A stretch of 64,000 nucleotides of DNA from Lama glama. Taxonomy: Eukaryota. The stretch's first letter is position 1; the number at the start of each line of letters is the position of its first letter. Location: positions 82,896,001 to 82,960,000 of the forward strand of contig CM052816.1 of assembly GCA_028534125.1 (NCBI GenBank). The letters run 5' to 3'. The notes beneath the pieces were generated by a model. The model was not told the DNA's origin, searched no databases, and saw only the letters and a program-made list of their open reading frames with translations. The position numbers and the translations under genes were made by a program. Positions 28,391 to 42,520 of this stretch are shown here, in pieces.

Positions 28391-30934
28391 TATATAACTA
28401 CAGTCATTCTTCAACAACCCAATAACACAATCTCAGCTAATTTAACCTCTCTAACCAAAAATTCTGTAACCACAAGATAAAAGGGTTAAAACATATCAAT
28501 TGCAATGTCAATTTCTCTTTTTAGACCTTCATACTTTCTACATACCATATTATATTAGCCCTCTCAACAAAACATAAAGCAAAGTCATTTAGTCATTTTT
28601 GCTTATTGAGAAAAGTTTTTCTTGTGGGACTATATCTCTGATAGTTAATTTTTAGATGAAGATTCCTCAGTGGATATGTGCTTTATGGTTTAGCTTTGAA
28701 TTCAGTCTCAATAATATAAAACTAAATACATGGCTACATGTTTCAGTTCAGATTTAATAAGGAGAGAATAAGAATTATATTCAACACAATTTTATTGAAT
28801 ACCCATTAAAGGCAAAACTGTTGTTTAATTTTTGGATACTAATTATTTCTAATTTGCCCTCAATAATGACAATTTTCCATGTTTCCTCTCTAACGTAAAT
28901 ATTGGGATGAGGGTTTATTTCTGAGTTTACAGGTTTCTCTTGTTTTGTTAGCTTATCTAATTTATGAACAGGAGCATAAACATGTAGTCTTACATATCAA
29001 AATATGATTTTTGAATCTTATACCTCTTTTCAAGTCATCAAAAGAACAAAGAAATTCAAATTCCACATAAGAAAGTAGCTAGAACTTCTGCAACAATAAA
29101 TGATTGGATTGAGGCTAGTATCACATCTCTTAAACACATAATTAAAGTGTGATATTTTATCTGACACAATTAGCTTCCTGCATGTCACTTCATCCTAATT
29201 AACTTAGTTAAGTTTGACAGGTATCAGCATTTCTTGTCTTTGTGCCCTTGTTATATTCTGGCACATTAAATTTAGTCTTAAAACATAAAAAATATGCCAC
29301 CATGTCTTAGTAAACTCAAGCCTCTCTGGAGCACTAAAATGACAGTCACAATCTCCTTCATTAAGAAGAGGATACTTAGAGGATAAAACTATGGAAATTT
29401 AACCAATATTTCATTGAATATTTTTGCATGAACAATCCTTTCAGTAACTTTCAAGAAAACATTTTTTGATGATTTCAATATAATGCTATTTTATCTTTAT
29501 GATCATGCAGTATTAAAAGGAAGAAAAAGTACAGTGACAAAACTGTTCTGTGCATACTGTTCCATAGACAGGGTAAGAATATAACAATTAAAAATTGAAA
29601 CACTGTCTTCAGTAATAAATATATTCCAATATTTCTACAAAATGATGCTAAATTATTGAACAAATTAAATATTTTTTCAAATTTAAACATATTTTTATAT
29701 AAAGTGAACTTTTTTGGTCAGTGATGTCGAAATTAAGCAATGAAACCATTAAGTAGAGTTACCCCTAAAAGTTGATCAAGCTCTATTATTATTATTGTTA
29801 TTATTTGTCTCAAAAATCTCTGCAATCTTAGTGAAAACTTTAATATAACAATGAGTCCCAAGAAGAACAACTATGAGACCAACTGAAGCTATTTTATCAT
29901 GTGTTTCCCCAATATGGTGCCCTTTTTATGTTTCTCTTTTCCTTTCTTTAACCAATTTTGAGAGCATATAATCAAAATTTAAACAATAAGGTAAATAGAA
30001 TTATCACATTTTGGGGGCATTTGCAAAATGCTAGATTCCTGAATTCCTAGAATAATCCTGAGGAAGTAGCTTGCCAACTTTTAATTGTTGATGCTACCGC
30101 TATGAGTGCTATATTCATGGATTATGTGATAAACGGATAAAATCATGAATAGGAAAGACTATCACTGACGAGATTAAGATGATAAGACTTTGCCAGAAAT
30201 TAGAAGTAGACAATGGTCTTCAGAAATGTTACCCTTTGCTTATCAACTGGTATTTGAAACACATCTGCAGATTGGATAATTTTTACTTATCTTAATTTCT
30301 AGAGATTGTTTTGGTTGTTGACAACACTGAAGCTTGAATATTTTAATAAATTTGTTTATAATTTAAACCCTACTATATGAGTAAAACTATTCACTCCTTG
30401 ATTCATATGTTACAGTGCTGAAGAAATGTATGAACTTCTTTTCAATTTAATCCCATTTAACCTATCCATGGATATTTAATTCATAAAAAATTAGATTCTC
30501 AGTAACTTTTCCCATTTGAAAAAGAAAAAAAAAAGTTATTATTATTTTATGCAGTTGTCCTATTTCTGAAATGACAATGGTAAGTTTAGATAGCTATTGG
30601 GATAGTCACCTACCTAGATGTTCTCATACACCCTGACAACAAAATTTGTCAATTCATATAATATAAAACAGCTTAAATTGCTACTTACCTATAAATATTG
30701 AGAATATTCTAGAGAGGACTAACTTTACTTTTCAGAAGAACATGAAATACTATTCTAGACATTATTCTTTATGCTCAATTAAATAGATCCATTTAAAGAA
30801 TTAGTTTATTCTTGCTACTTTTTCTGTTAAAAAGGGTATACCCTATATGCCATAGTAGAATGACAAAACAGTATATTAAATTGCAATTACAAATTCTGTC
30901 ACAAAATATGGACCAATTTGGTCTCTCCTACCTT

Positions 30935-31510
30935 CCTGGTGGTACAGTCACTTTGGAGAACGATTGGCAATTTCTTATATAGCTAAACATACAGTTATAT
31001 CACCCAGTTAAACCACTAATAGGTGTCTTCCTAAAGAACTGAAATCTATGTTGACACAAAAGCCTGTATATGAATGATTATAAGTAACTTTATTACTGTT
31101 GATGAAAAACTAGATACAACCCAAGTGTCTTTTATCTGTTAAATGGATAAACTGGTATAACCCTCCAATTAAATACTATTAGACAATGAAAAGAAATGAA
31201 CCATGGACAACGTGCAATAGAACGGATGAATCCCGAAAGAAGCCTTACTGAAAAAGCTTCTCTCTATATAATCCCATTCATATGACATTCTAGAAAAGAC
31301 AAATGTATATGAATAGAAACCATCAGTGGTGGCATGTGGCAGGATGAGTCAGGTAGTGACTGCAAATGGTAGTGGTGTGAGGGAGTTTTTTGGGGTCTCT
31401 TGATTATAGTGATAGCTACATAACTGCATTATGATTTCAAAACATAAAACTCTACATCAAAAAAGTGAATCTTACTATATGCATATTACAGCTCAATAAA
31501 ACATAAAAAT
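30935..31510 (+). mobile_element. Old L1 (L1ME/MC-like) 3' end
   Basis: ggtacagtcactttggagaacgattggcaatttctta...acaacccaagtgtc...tggataaa...ccattcatatgacattctagaaaagacaaa...ctcaataaa. Confidence 0.75.
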
Positions 31511-32865
31511 ATCAATTAGCATTCTCTTTTAACTCCGTATTATTTGCTTTACTTAGAGCAGAGGTTTTTATAGTTTAAGCAAGTTGCCAAATAAACTATT
31601 TTGTAAGAATTATTGCTAATTGTATTAGAACAGAATGTCATTTAAAGACTATTTCAATTACTCTCAAAAGTCAACTTTTGAATGATTACAAGCAAATTGT
31701 TGGAGATAAGTATTGTATTATATTACATTAATGAAACAAGCAAGTTTTCCCTATAGAACAAGGAAAAAAAATTCTTACATGAGAAGAAAAATCTGCAATG
31801 TACTAACAATGCCAGTTACCACTGTAAAAACTTGTTTTATTTTTAGATTATTATTTTAAAAATGAAGCATAAAGACATTTTCCTAAAAGGAAGGCAGAAA
31901 AATGGAAATCATGCTTGCACTACTCAATGTCATTCATTTCATTAGACTTTGTTTTGTATTCATTAAAATAACTGACTTTTTCTGGGCTTGAGGATATTAT
32001 ATGCGGGGGCTTTGTCTCTTTTTAAAATAGCTTTGTTTGAAGTGATTTCATTTCTGTGAAAGAAGAAGAAAGCTGAGATAATTACAGCAGTATGCTTCAC
32101 AAGCTCAAGGGGTTTCAACTTTTCCATAGTTACTTCTTGAATTAGTTCTATTATAAAAATAAAATCCTTCACAGCTCATTGTCATCAGTGTTATTCCTTA
32201 AAATGAATCACTTCTCATCTTTTCTTCTTAATATTTGACAAGGTACAACTGTTTTTTTTTAAGCTTTTCAGATCAAACTTTAAAATATCCTCTTACATAA
32301 AAGAAATCTTTCTCAGCAGAAGAAAGGTAAGACAATTGTCTCCCAAACTGGGCAAAGGAAAATAAATTACATTAATAACTTCATAAGAAAATGTTTTGGT
32401 GGTTAATCAATGTATTTTATGTGTCAGACTACCCTAATTATCACTATGAATCTAAAGTAGAACCATTCCTAATTGAATAATCTCTTAGCCCTTGAGAATT
32501 TATAAATTGTAATTAATAAGTATGTATTGGGTTTTAATATGGAGCATATCAGGATAAATAGAGTGAGAGAAGTGTTGTTTCCACAATCCAGATTTTAATA
32601 AATATAATACATGTATCATTTTATTACTGGATTATGGGCTGAATATCATGTCATATTGAAAGAAGAGTTGATTATTTTGCCTGGCTTACTACCAACCATA
32701 TCTCTTCTCTCTACTCGTTTAAAACTTAAAACTTGAGACTTGGTTTTAACTGAAAAAAAAAAAAAAGGAAGACAATCAGTAATTGCATGTCTCCTTGGGT
32801 CTTATTAAGACAACAGGGAAGACTGTGATTTATCACCAGTATGTCATCTCCCTATATTCCCTTAA

Positions 32866-33311
32866 TGTAATAGGTTGAATTGTGTCTCCCTCAAAATAGA
32901 TGTTATACTCTTAATGCTCAGTATTTCAGAATGTGATCTTATTTGGAAACAGGGTTATTGCTGCAGAGGTTACTAATTAAGGTTAGGGCAGACTAGTGTT
33001 GGATGGGCCCTTAATCTAATATGACTGGTGTCTGTATAAGAAGACAGTCATGCGAAGACAGAGACACACCTGGAAACGCCATGTGAAGATGAAGGCAGAG
33101 ACTGAAATGATACATCTACAAACCAAGGAATACCAATGACTGATGGCCACCACTAAAAACTAAGAAGCAAAGGAGGATTTCAGAGGCAGAATGGCCTTGT
33201 TAAGGGCTCAATTTGGACTTCTAGCCTCCAGAACTGTGAAATAATAATTTTCTGTTGTTTGCAGCCACTAGTTTCTGGTATTTGTTAAGGCTCCCCTACT
33301 AAACTAACACA
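32866..33311 (+). mobile_element. MLT1B/C-like MaLR solo LTR
   Basis: TG...CA termini; tgtaataggttgaattgtgtctccc...ttatttggaaacaggg...gacttctagcctccagaactgtga...aaactaacaca. Confidence 0.88.
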
Positions 33312-33496
33312 TTTGAGAAACAGAACTCCCTTTTTAATGCTGATCTGGAAGTCCTGATCAGTCAGAGACTACACTTCCTAGGGTTTCTTGCAGATTAGGT
33401 CAATTTTTTACTCTTTAAAAATACAGTCTTTTGCTTGCCACTCTGTTTGTCCTTTCCATTGCCTGGAACATAGATACAGGGCTTCAGAATACTCAG

Positions 33497-34001
33497 TTAA
33501 TATTCAAAATATATAAATAGCTCATACAACTCAACATCAAAAAACAACCTGACTGAAAAATGGGCAGAAGACCTGAATAGACATTTTTCAAAAAAGGCAC
33601 ATGAAAAGACGTTCAACACTGTTAATCATCAGGGACATGCAAATCAAAACCACAAAGAGATAGCACCTCACACCTGTCAGAATGGCTGCCATCAAAAAGA
33701 ACACAAATAACAAATGTTGGTGAGGATGTGGTGAAAAGGGCAACCTCTTATGCTGTTAGTGGGAATGGAAATTGCTGCAGCCAATGTGGAAAACAGTATG
33801 GAGGTTTCTCAAAAAACAAAACACAGAACTACCATATAACCCAGCAATTCCACTCCAGGGTATACATCTGAGAAAGACAAAAACACTAATTCAAAAAGAC
33901 ACATGCACACCAATGTTCACAGCAGCATTATTTACAATTGCCAAGATATGGAAGTAACTTAAGTGTCCACCAACAGATGAGTGGATAAAAGAGATGTAGT
34001 G

Positions 34002-34048
<47 letters not shown>

Positions 34049-34238
34049 CATTATATATATATATTCCATTACATATATATAATATACAAAGATATTACTG
34101 TACAACAAAGGGAAAATAGTCAATATTTTATAATAACTATAAATGGAGTATAACCATTAAAAGTTGTGAATCACTATTTTATACACCTGTAAGTTACAGA
34201 ATATTGTAGATCAACTATACTTCAATTAAAAAAAAAAA
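33497..34238 (+). mobile_element. L1 3' fragment (ORF2 C-terminal region, (TA)n expansion, polyA)
   Basis: ORF 33772-33957 [25 protein letters not shown]...KDTCTPMFTAALFTIAKIWK is ORF2p; ends atcaactatacttcaattaaaaaaaaaa. Confidence 0.92.
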
Positions 34239-34438
34239 CCTCTGACAAGAAAAAGAAACTAGTATAGTGACAAAAGAGAGTGTGGATATATATATTCTTA
34301 ATCTTTTTCTTTTTTAACTTTCTTCAAAATACTGCTGAAGGGCGGCACTAAATAATTGTTCAATATGTTGAATATGCATAAGCTACATGTAGATGAATGT
34401 TTTCTCTAAGATGGTGAATTAACTTCACAGGATTTAAA

Positions 34439-34470
34439 CACACACACACACACATACACACACACACACA
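34439..34470. repeat. (CA)n microsatellite
   Basis: Direct inspection; one interruption. Confidence 0.95.
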
Positions 34471-35549
34471 GAGTACCTGACAAATAAAGAAATTTATGGA
34501 TTAACTACAACAAACCATAGATTTGACAAATTTTTCCCTACCCTATCCATATACATATGGGTCAACTAAGTTTGTTGTTTTTAAAACTGAATTTTTATAA
34601 AACAAAAGGCCATTAAATTAGTGGGGAAGAAGAATATAATTTTTATTTCCTTCTCTCTTTTAAGACAGAATGTAGAATATAGAAAATAGAGAAGTTTACC
34701 TCCTACTGGTTTATTGACTATTAAATTTAGGGATATAAGTTTATTAAATCACACCATCCTCATACCTATATCTTATTGAATAGTAAAATTCTAATTTTTT
34801 TGATTCTTTATTCATATTTATTATTTAAATTCTAAAACCTAGCAGTTGCTTAGTCCCTATTATTTAAGGAAATGATCAAAATTCCAAGAGAAAAGTTTTA
34901 TTCTGAAGTTTAAATCAGATTCATTTTAGCTTTCAATTCTAATCCAGAAGATCTGATAACCAAAAGTAGAACTTTGGAAATATTTGAAATAATATTCAAA
35001 AGAGTGCATACCTTAGCACTGAGATATATGAATTCAAACTTTGGTTCATAACTGGGTAAACTTAGAAAAAGTATTAAATTTTCTGGACCCTCAGTTTTTC
35101 CATCCAAAATTAAAAAGAAAAATAACACCTACAAAACAAATAATAGTGAAATCAGGTACGGGTTATAAAATGCCAGGCATACAGTGGTTGCTTTATGAAT
35201 GCTAATTCCTCAGCCAACTCATATTGGTGAGTATGTTCATATTAGACCATGATTTCTCTCAGTGATACAGTACTGTTCAGCCTCCTGAGAGGAATCTCCA
35301 TTTGTGGAATCATTACCGGTATTCCCCCCATGACTTCTGCTTACTGCATATTGGGACCATCATTATTACTCATTATTATTTAATTTATCAATGAATTTGT
35401 GATCATTTATGCCAGTAATTCAAAATTATCAAGTACGGCATCAAAAGGTCCTCATTACTAGCAATGTTAAACAATTAGAATCAAATTCCTTTTCTGATCT
35501 CGTCTACTTCAATTATTTGAAATGTCTTTCTAATAGCTATAGTCAGTGC

Positions 35550-35890
35550 TCTTGTCCAGATCACCTAGGATTCCCTAATGTTTCTGCATACCAGATGCTC
35601 ACAGAGTCAGATGCCCCAAAAGATAACTGGCCCGGAATTTCAGCCCTCCTAACTCCCCAAATTGACCGGTGAAGCAGGATTGTGAAAGTCCACCTCCATC
35701 TCTTCAATGTAGAACAGTCATCCTGATCCCTGCTTTATCAGCAGAAGTTTCACCTGATTGGTTTCTTCCAGCTTCTCCATCCTGCTTTCCTCCAGTCTCT
35801 TACCAGATTCTCCTTGAAACATTTTTTCAAATGAATCATTTCCATAGGAACTCATGTCTCAGATTCTGCTCCAGGAAAACCATTAGACAT
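35550..35890 (+). mobile_element. ERVL LTR (LTR16-like) fragment
   Basis: 3' end 'ccatcctgctttcctc...catgtctcagattctgctccaggaaaaccattagaca' resembles the LTR16 family. Confidence 0.5.
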
Positions 35891-38222
35891 CATTCACGTG
35901 GTTATAATACTGTATCTAACACAACATGTTCAAAGAGAAATGTTCTCTTTAAATTATAAACCATAACCAAACTCTAAGGTATATCTCTCTGTAAAGATCT
36001 CAGTGATTCCAAATTTATTCACCAAAAAAAGTGAGCATAATATTTATAAAATTTGCTCATAAATGTGTGCTTAATATAGATGATGTGAGTTTATTTCACA
36101 AGAAAGCATCTCATTGTTATTAGCCACTGGCGAAGGCAACACAAATTTTATCCACCTCACAATTACATTTATATGACTAATTTAACTTGACTAAAAGGTC
36201 TTGGAGGCCTTGTTTATATTTATTTATTACTACCTTTACAAATTATGTAGCTCTACCTTCTTTATTTTTTTATTCTTTTGTATTACTCTCTTTTACCCAT
36301 ATGGTGTAAATATTTACTGTATTCATGACAGACAGAACGTAATAGCATAAGGATTTATGTAAATGTATTTATTTATAAATATAAAGTGAATAGTAATTCT
36401 TTAATAAGAGATTTTATAAAATTTATCAAAACATTAACAAAAATGTATTCACACAAAATTTAAAATATTTTTCCATTTTTTTTCTTTTTCATAATCTATT
36501 CTTACATAATGGGAAAAAAGAAGTAAACTATTAGATGTTCAAAACGAGTATAACACCTATTTCACTAAAATTTTATCTTTTTTCATAATTCCTATTTTTC
36601 AGTAGACACAATTCAAAAGAACAGCAGCTAAAATGGAAATGCATGTGAACGTATATTTGAATATATCTCATATAACACATTAAAAAATCTATTGCTTAAA
36701 GCTCAGAATTCTATGGGTCCCTCATTAAGATTTTCTATTTTAGTAACAGATCTGCTATTTCATCAAGTTCTCCTCTGAATTCATAAATCTTAAATTATTT
36801 TCCAGATTAAAAATACTGAAAACTAATATTGATGCTGTTTAAATTAAGAAAACTTTGTGATTTCAATCACCTACTTTAAGTATAATTAAACAAAATTTAA
36901 AATTATTTTATGGTGAATTTTGTATGGAATTCTAGGTTTGCATTATTAATTCTTTTTGACAGAGTAAGAACTTGACATACTGTGTGATTAAGAAATTAAC
37001 CCATATCACACAACTGGCAAACGATGGCAGTGAGTCTGGAATGTAGATAAAGCCATACGACTCTGAAGTTCATGCTTATTTCCATTTATGTTGCCTTCCT
37101 CATGAGAAATAAATAAAAGCACACTAATGTTAATATGCAATTAATAAATTAGAGGCAGAGTTTGGGATATGAGGACATATATGTGATACAGTATACAAAA
37201 AGGAACTTTTTAAACAATATGCTTAGTGTGATTCCATGTATGTAAAAAGAAGCAAGTTAAATCAATGTATCTGTTTGTGTATGTATAAATTATGAAAATG
37301 CATTCTCAAAACTCTGGAAGAATATACACAAGCTGGTACTGCTAGCTCTGAAGGGAAGTAGGATTACTGTGGGATAGTACAGTTTGGCATGTGACAATGA
37401 TTATTAATGTTATTTTACTTCTTCTTCTCCATAATTATCAGTGATTAAATTTTTGTTTACTACACTTATTTAACTAGTAAAATATTTATATAAGGATCTA
37501 GAAGAATAAGTCCCCAGTCCAGATAGATTTCCTACTATCACTCAGAAAGCAAAGAATTAACCCTCTCTTTAACACCATTAGCACAAAAATACATAAAACA
37601 GTTGTCAAGCTTTACCATCGTTCTGCAATCAATCTAAATACTGTCTGGAAGCTTCAGAAAATTCTGGTGTTACAATAAATTATGCAATAAATTGTAAAGA
37701 TACTTGAGACTAGTTTCTTATCACCTATCATGAACTGTGTTGCCAAAAAAAGCAAGCATTTCTCTATCATCATTTGCAAAATTGTAGTGTCTTTTTGAAT
37801 TCTTATTTCATATCAATGCACTTCTCATTATCTGATGAATTATCCAGCTAATCTTCCTCTTTTCTCTCTCAACATATTCCTGCTTTTCTCCCTGAAATTA
37901 CCTTGGCATTATTCAATAAATATTTTGAGTCTGGTTCATATCTTTCAGCTTCCTGCAAATCCTACCATGATCCAAAGTAAATATCAAAATTCATTAAGAT
38001 AAGCTTTCCAGCAATTTATCTTGAAAATTATTGAACTTTATCCAATGGCAAAAGGTAAAAAAGAAATAAGTGATAAATGTTGTAAAGGAAGATATTATAT
38101 ACAATAATTATCTACATAGGAAGTCCAAGAGAATCAATCAAGTAACTATGAATGCATATGATAATTCAATAGGGGACCAGAGTGAACATCAAGTACAAAA
38201 AAGAAAAAATCACTAGCTTTCT

Positions 38223-39326
38223 GATAATAATTTCTTGGCTATGACACCAAAAGCATAGGCAACAACAACAAAAATAAATAAGCTAAAATTTAAAACTTTA
38301 TAAATCAAAAGACTCCATCAACATAGGCAACCCATGGAATGAAAGAAAATATTTGCAAATCATATATCTGATGAGATTGACATCTAGAATATATAAAGAA
38401 CTCCTACTACTCAACAACAAAAGAAAACAATCAAAATGAGCAAAGGACCTAAACAGACATTTCTCCAAAGAAGATATACAAATGACCAATAGACAAATGA
38501 CAAAAATTTTCAACATCATTGATAATTAGAGAAATTCAGATCAAAAACACAATGAGATACTTTTTTGCATCTCTTAGGTTGGGTGTTAGAAACACACAAA
38601 CACACACACACACACACACTCACACACAGAGAAAATAACAAGTGTTAGGACAAGGAGAAATTGGACCCCTTGTGCATTGTTGATGGGGATGTAAAATGGA
38701 AACATTTAAAAATGGTATGATGATTCCTCAAAAAATAAAACATAACATTACCATATTACCATACAATCCAACAATATCACTTTTGAGTATACACCACAAT
38801 TAATTGAAATTATAGAACTGAATAAATATTTGTATACCTATTTTCATAGCAGCATTATTTACAAGAGTCAAAATATAAAAGAAAGCAACCCAAGTATCCA
38901 CTTGGGTTGAATGAATGGATAAACAAAATGTGGTGTGTAACAATGGAATATTACTCAGCTTTAAAAAGGAAGGAAATTCTGACACATGATACAATGTAGA
39001 TGAATCTTGAGGACATAATGCTACATGAAATAAGCCAGTCAGAGAAGGAAAAATATTGTACAATACTATTTATATGAGGCACTTAGGATAATCAAATTCA
39101 TAGAGACAGAAAGCAGAATAGTGATTGTTAGGGGATGGAGGGGGAAGGGACAAAAAGGACTTACTGTTTAACAGATAAAGGGTTTCATTTCATGAAAATG
39201 AAAAAGTTCTGAAAATGGATGGTGTTGATAGTTGCACTCTAATATGAATGTACTAAATGCACACTTGCAAATGGTCAAAATGGTAAATTTTAGTTTATGT
39301 ATATTTTACAACAATACAAATATATA
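38223..39326 (+). mobile_element. L1MB-like 3' fragment nested in an older L1, with TSD
   Basis: atgacaccaaaagcataggcaaca...aacagacatttctccaaagaagatatacaaatg...aaaatggtaaattttagtttatgtatattttacaacaa; direct repeat actagctttct at 38212-38222 and 39327-39337; internal (CA)n at ~38592-38628. Confidence 0.85.
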
Positions 39327-41180
39327 ACTAGCTTTCTTATTTACCATATTTCTTATAACTTAGGAAATATGGTGAATACAATAATTTAAATTCACAATTA
39401 ACAACATAACATGAATAACTGAGAATAAACCTAACAAAAACTTTGGAAGGCAGAAGAGAGGTACATTACCCTTAGAAGTTCGTTGGAGTCAATACCTATA
39501 TGAAGGAAAATAAAAACTTGACTGAAGACAAAAATATGATGTAAAAAAGAATGGCTCAAAATGGCTATCTTCCCACAAAATAGAATTTATCCAACCCTTT
39601 CTTAAGGAAGTCTTAAAGACTCCAGTTCAAAGTCCCTGATCTTTATAAGGTCTGAATTTGATGCCTCCTACTTTAGAGGCAAAAAAGACAATTACAACAA
39701 AACTATTTGACCACATCCATCCCTCCCTATTTCTGCCAACTCCAAAACCAGACAAGATCACCCTGGAGAATGATGAAGGAATTCAGAAGTAAAAACACTG
39801 CCCAAACCGGGAAGATGTACAAATTCCTTCTCCTAGCTAACATGAATAATGCTACTTTATCTTTTACATCAACAGCCCCACTCTATTCCTGACGCCTTGT
39901 AGATAAACTTATTAAGATACTCCACCATATTATTGCCCCTGCATTCTGATAGCACTGGATCCAGAACAAAACTGTGTTTCCTTAAATCCTCCCCCGAAAT
40001 CACCTGGCACAAATTCAAAATAATTATTGAGCCTGTTTAAACATGTTTTTTACTGAGATGTCCTTTCTATAGTGTGCTATTCAATGAAGCATCAAACCCA
40101 ATTCTGTTGGACTACCTGTGTGTTCCTAGTGGTCACTGGCTGGAGATTATTATTTCAAAAAGAATTTCTCCATGTTCCTGTTAGGATAAATATACAAATT
40201 TCTTTGTTGTTTTTGTAGTATCAAGAATTACAAACAACTTAATTTCCTGTTAATTTGTCATATTCCCTCTTGCCAACTTGTCAGTACCCTACTTCTCCTT
40301 TAAAGTCACTTCTGCATTGCTAAGGAGAAGCTTCCAGTTTTTCTTTTCCTCATGGTCTAGGATAGTTGTTTGCCAAGTGGTGTTACTCTGGAAATATCTG
40401 GAAGGCAGAGGAGAAGCAGAAATCCTTTATTCTCATGAGTTGGTTGTAGCCAGATGCCTGGGGAAATGAGAGATTTAGAGCAGTTTCTTGGTGAGTTCCT
40501 GAGAGCTACCTGCTGGGCTGCTGCCAACTGAGATACTTAGTGGAATCTCTCACAGAGTCTCTTGAACATGGCAGCGGTTCCCACATCAGTGCTTCAGGCT
40601 GAGATTCTCCTGTCTCCTTCTGTATAACCTACCAGCCTTGTTTCTCTGGCTTCCCATGACATCTCACGCTGTTACCCAGGTCATTCTGTTAAAACACTCT
40701 CTCTGGATTACAGAGTGCTTCTGTTTCACTGACTGAATATAGACTGATGTAATTAGAAAATCAGTTAAATAAATTATGGTACACATGAGATATTCCAGCA
40801 GTTAAAAAAATATAAAGTAGTCCAGTGAATATTAATTGTTAAGGAAAAAAATAAAGTTGCAGGAACACATACAGTACTGTACCACTTAAGGATGTACTTA
40901 TAAAATTGTTAACAGTAGTTGTCTCCAGGAGAGATTTTTGGAGATGGGTGGAATGAATGGAGACATTCACATTTTTCTCTTTAAACTTCTGCATCATCGA
41001 TTCCTTTAGATAAAAATCCTAATGATACATTACACTTGTAATTAGAAATAATAAGAAGAACCAATGAAAAGAACCAGGAAAACTAAAAATAATGCCTGAC
41101 ACGGACACTTTTTAATCTCAAAGACTGCTGTGTTCTACACAATAACTTCTGATGTTATGCCCAGGATTACAACTTGGATT

Positions 41181-41203
41181 TATATATATATATATATATA
41201 TAT
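41181..41203. repeat. (TA)n microsatellite
   Basis: Direct inspection. Confidence 0.95.
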
Positions 41204-42121
41204 GTTCAGAAAATGTACACCACAAGATGGCTTTCTCTTAACACACATTTCCATTTGGGCATTAACATTACCCCACATTTCAATATCACAGAGACCTAGG
41301 TGACCAATTTCTTCAAATTTTCTTAATCATCCTTCTTTTCCGGTTTCTTTCTATTCAACTCCTTTTACAAAGAGCACCCTAATTTCCTAAGATGCTTATA
41401 TTTCTTTCCTATTTTTCAATGAAAATTCAAGCCCCAAATCACTATTTCAATCTGATTCTCTCACTCCTAGACAAGGAAAATGCATTCTGTTGCAGAATAT
41501 AATCCAATGGTCAGACTGTTATTTGAAGCTAATGAGCTATAACCGTATCTGTGATCTCAATGTACACTCACTGGCTTCCCATTAATTTTCCTTAGCCATC
41601 ACTCTTTTATCCTGTCCTGTGTAATTCTAAACTTTTTTCTCACTCAAAATTTAGCACAGGACTCTATTATCTCATTTTATTAATATCTGCCATTCATTCT
41701 CTGAAAAACAAGAATGTGGCCAACAAATGAGAGTTCATCATATTCTCACCTTTTTACCAAAAATATATTTATAACAATTCAAAATTTCTGTCCTAAAGTG
41801 TCAAAGGTTAGGTAACTCTGTACTACTGCCCCACTATGACCTCTCTGTCCTATTTAGTTTTCTATAGTATGTTTCTCTATAATTTTCTTTTCTGTCTTCC
41901 ATACCTCCGTAATGATGACTTCCCCTAAACACATTCATACACCTTCCACTGTAGGATCTTTGACCTTAGGCATGCTTTTAATTACTCCCTAGTGGCTCTT
42001 TTGCCTTTTACCAACAATTCTCAAAGAATACTAATTGCCTTTTTCACTCCCTTATTGCTAACTGACTATCTGACACCTACATCTACCAGTCCTAATTGCC
42101 ATCTTGGTTAATTCTAAGGAT

Positions 42122-42520
42122 AATAATGATAATAATAACTAATATCTACTGATTGCTTACTATGCTCTAAGTATCTTTTAAGCGCATTACACATTTAAAT
42201 ATTTTTAATCTTTCCAAAAGCCATACAAGGTATGGCTATTATATTATAATATACTATATTTTATATATATATATATATAAAGTACTATTATAATATAATA
42301 GTACTTACAAGGTAAGTAGAATTATAATATATATATAGTATACATACTATATATATAGTATATAGTATAACACTATTATAATTCTAAGTTTAAGATTTGG
42401 AAACTGAGCTATACGGAATTTAGATAACTTGTTCAATGTCATACAGTCAATAAGTGAATGAATAGAAATTTAAGCCCAAGAGGTAAACTCCAGAATTCAA
42501 CATCGTAACCATCCATCACA
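42122..42520 (-). mobile_element. MIR interrupted by AT-rich palindromic expansion
   Basis: aataataactaatatctactgattgcttactatg... and ggaaactgagct...ataacttgttcaatgtcatacag are reverse-MIR halves flanking 42237-42386. Confidence 0.7.

Noticed and set aside
39540..40750. Possible additional old LTR fragments (also ~3230-4070)
   Set aside because: Composition and termini are suggestive, but family and boundaries could not be supported by eye.
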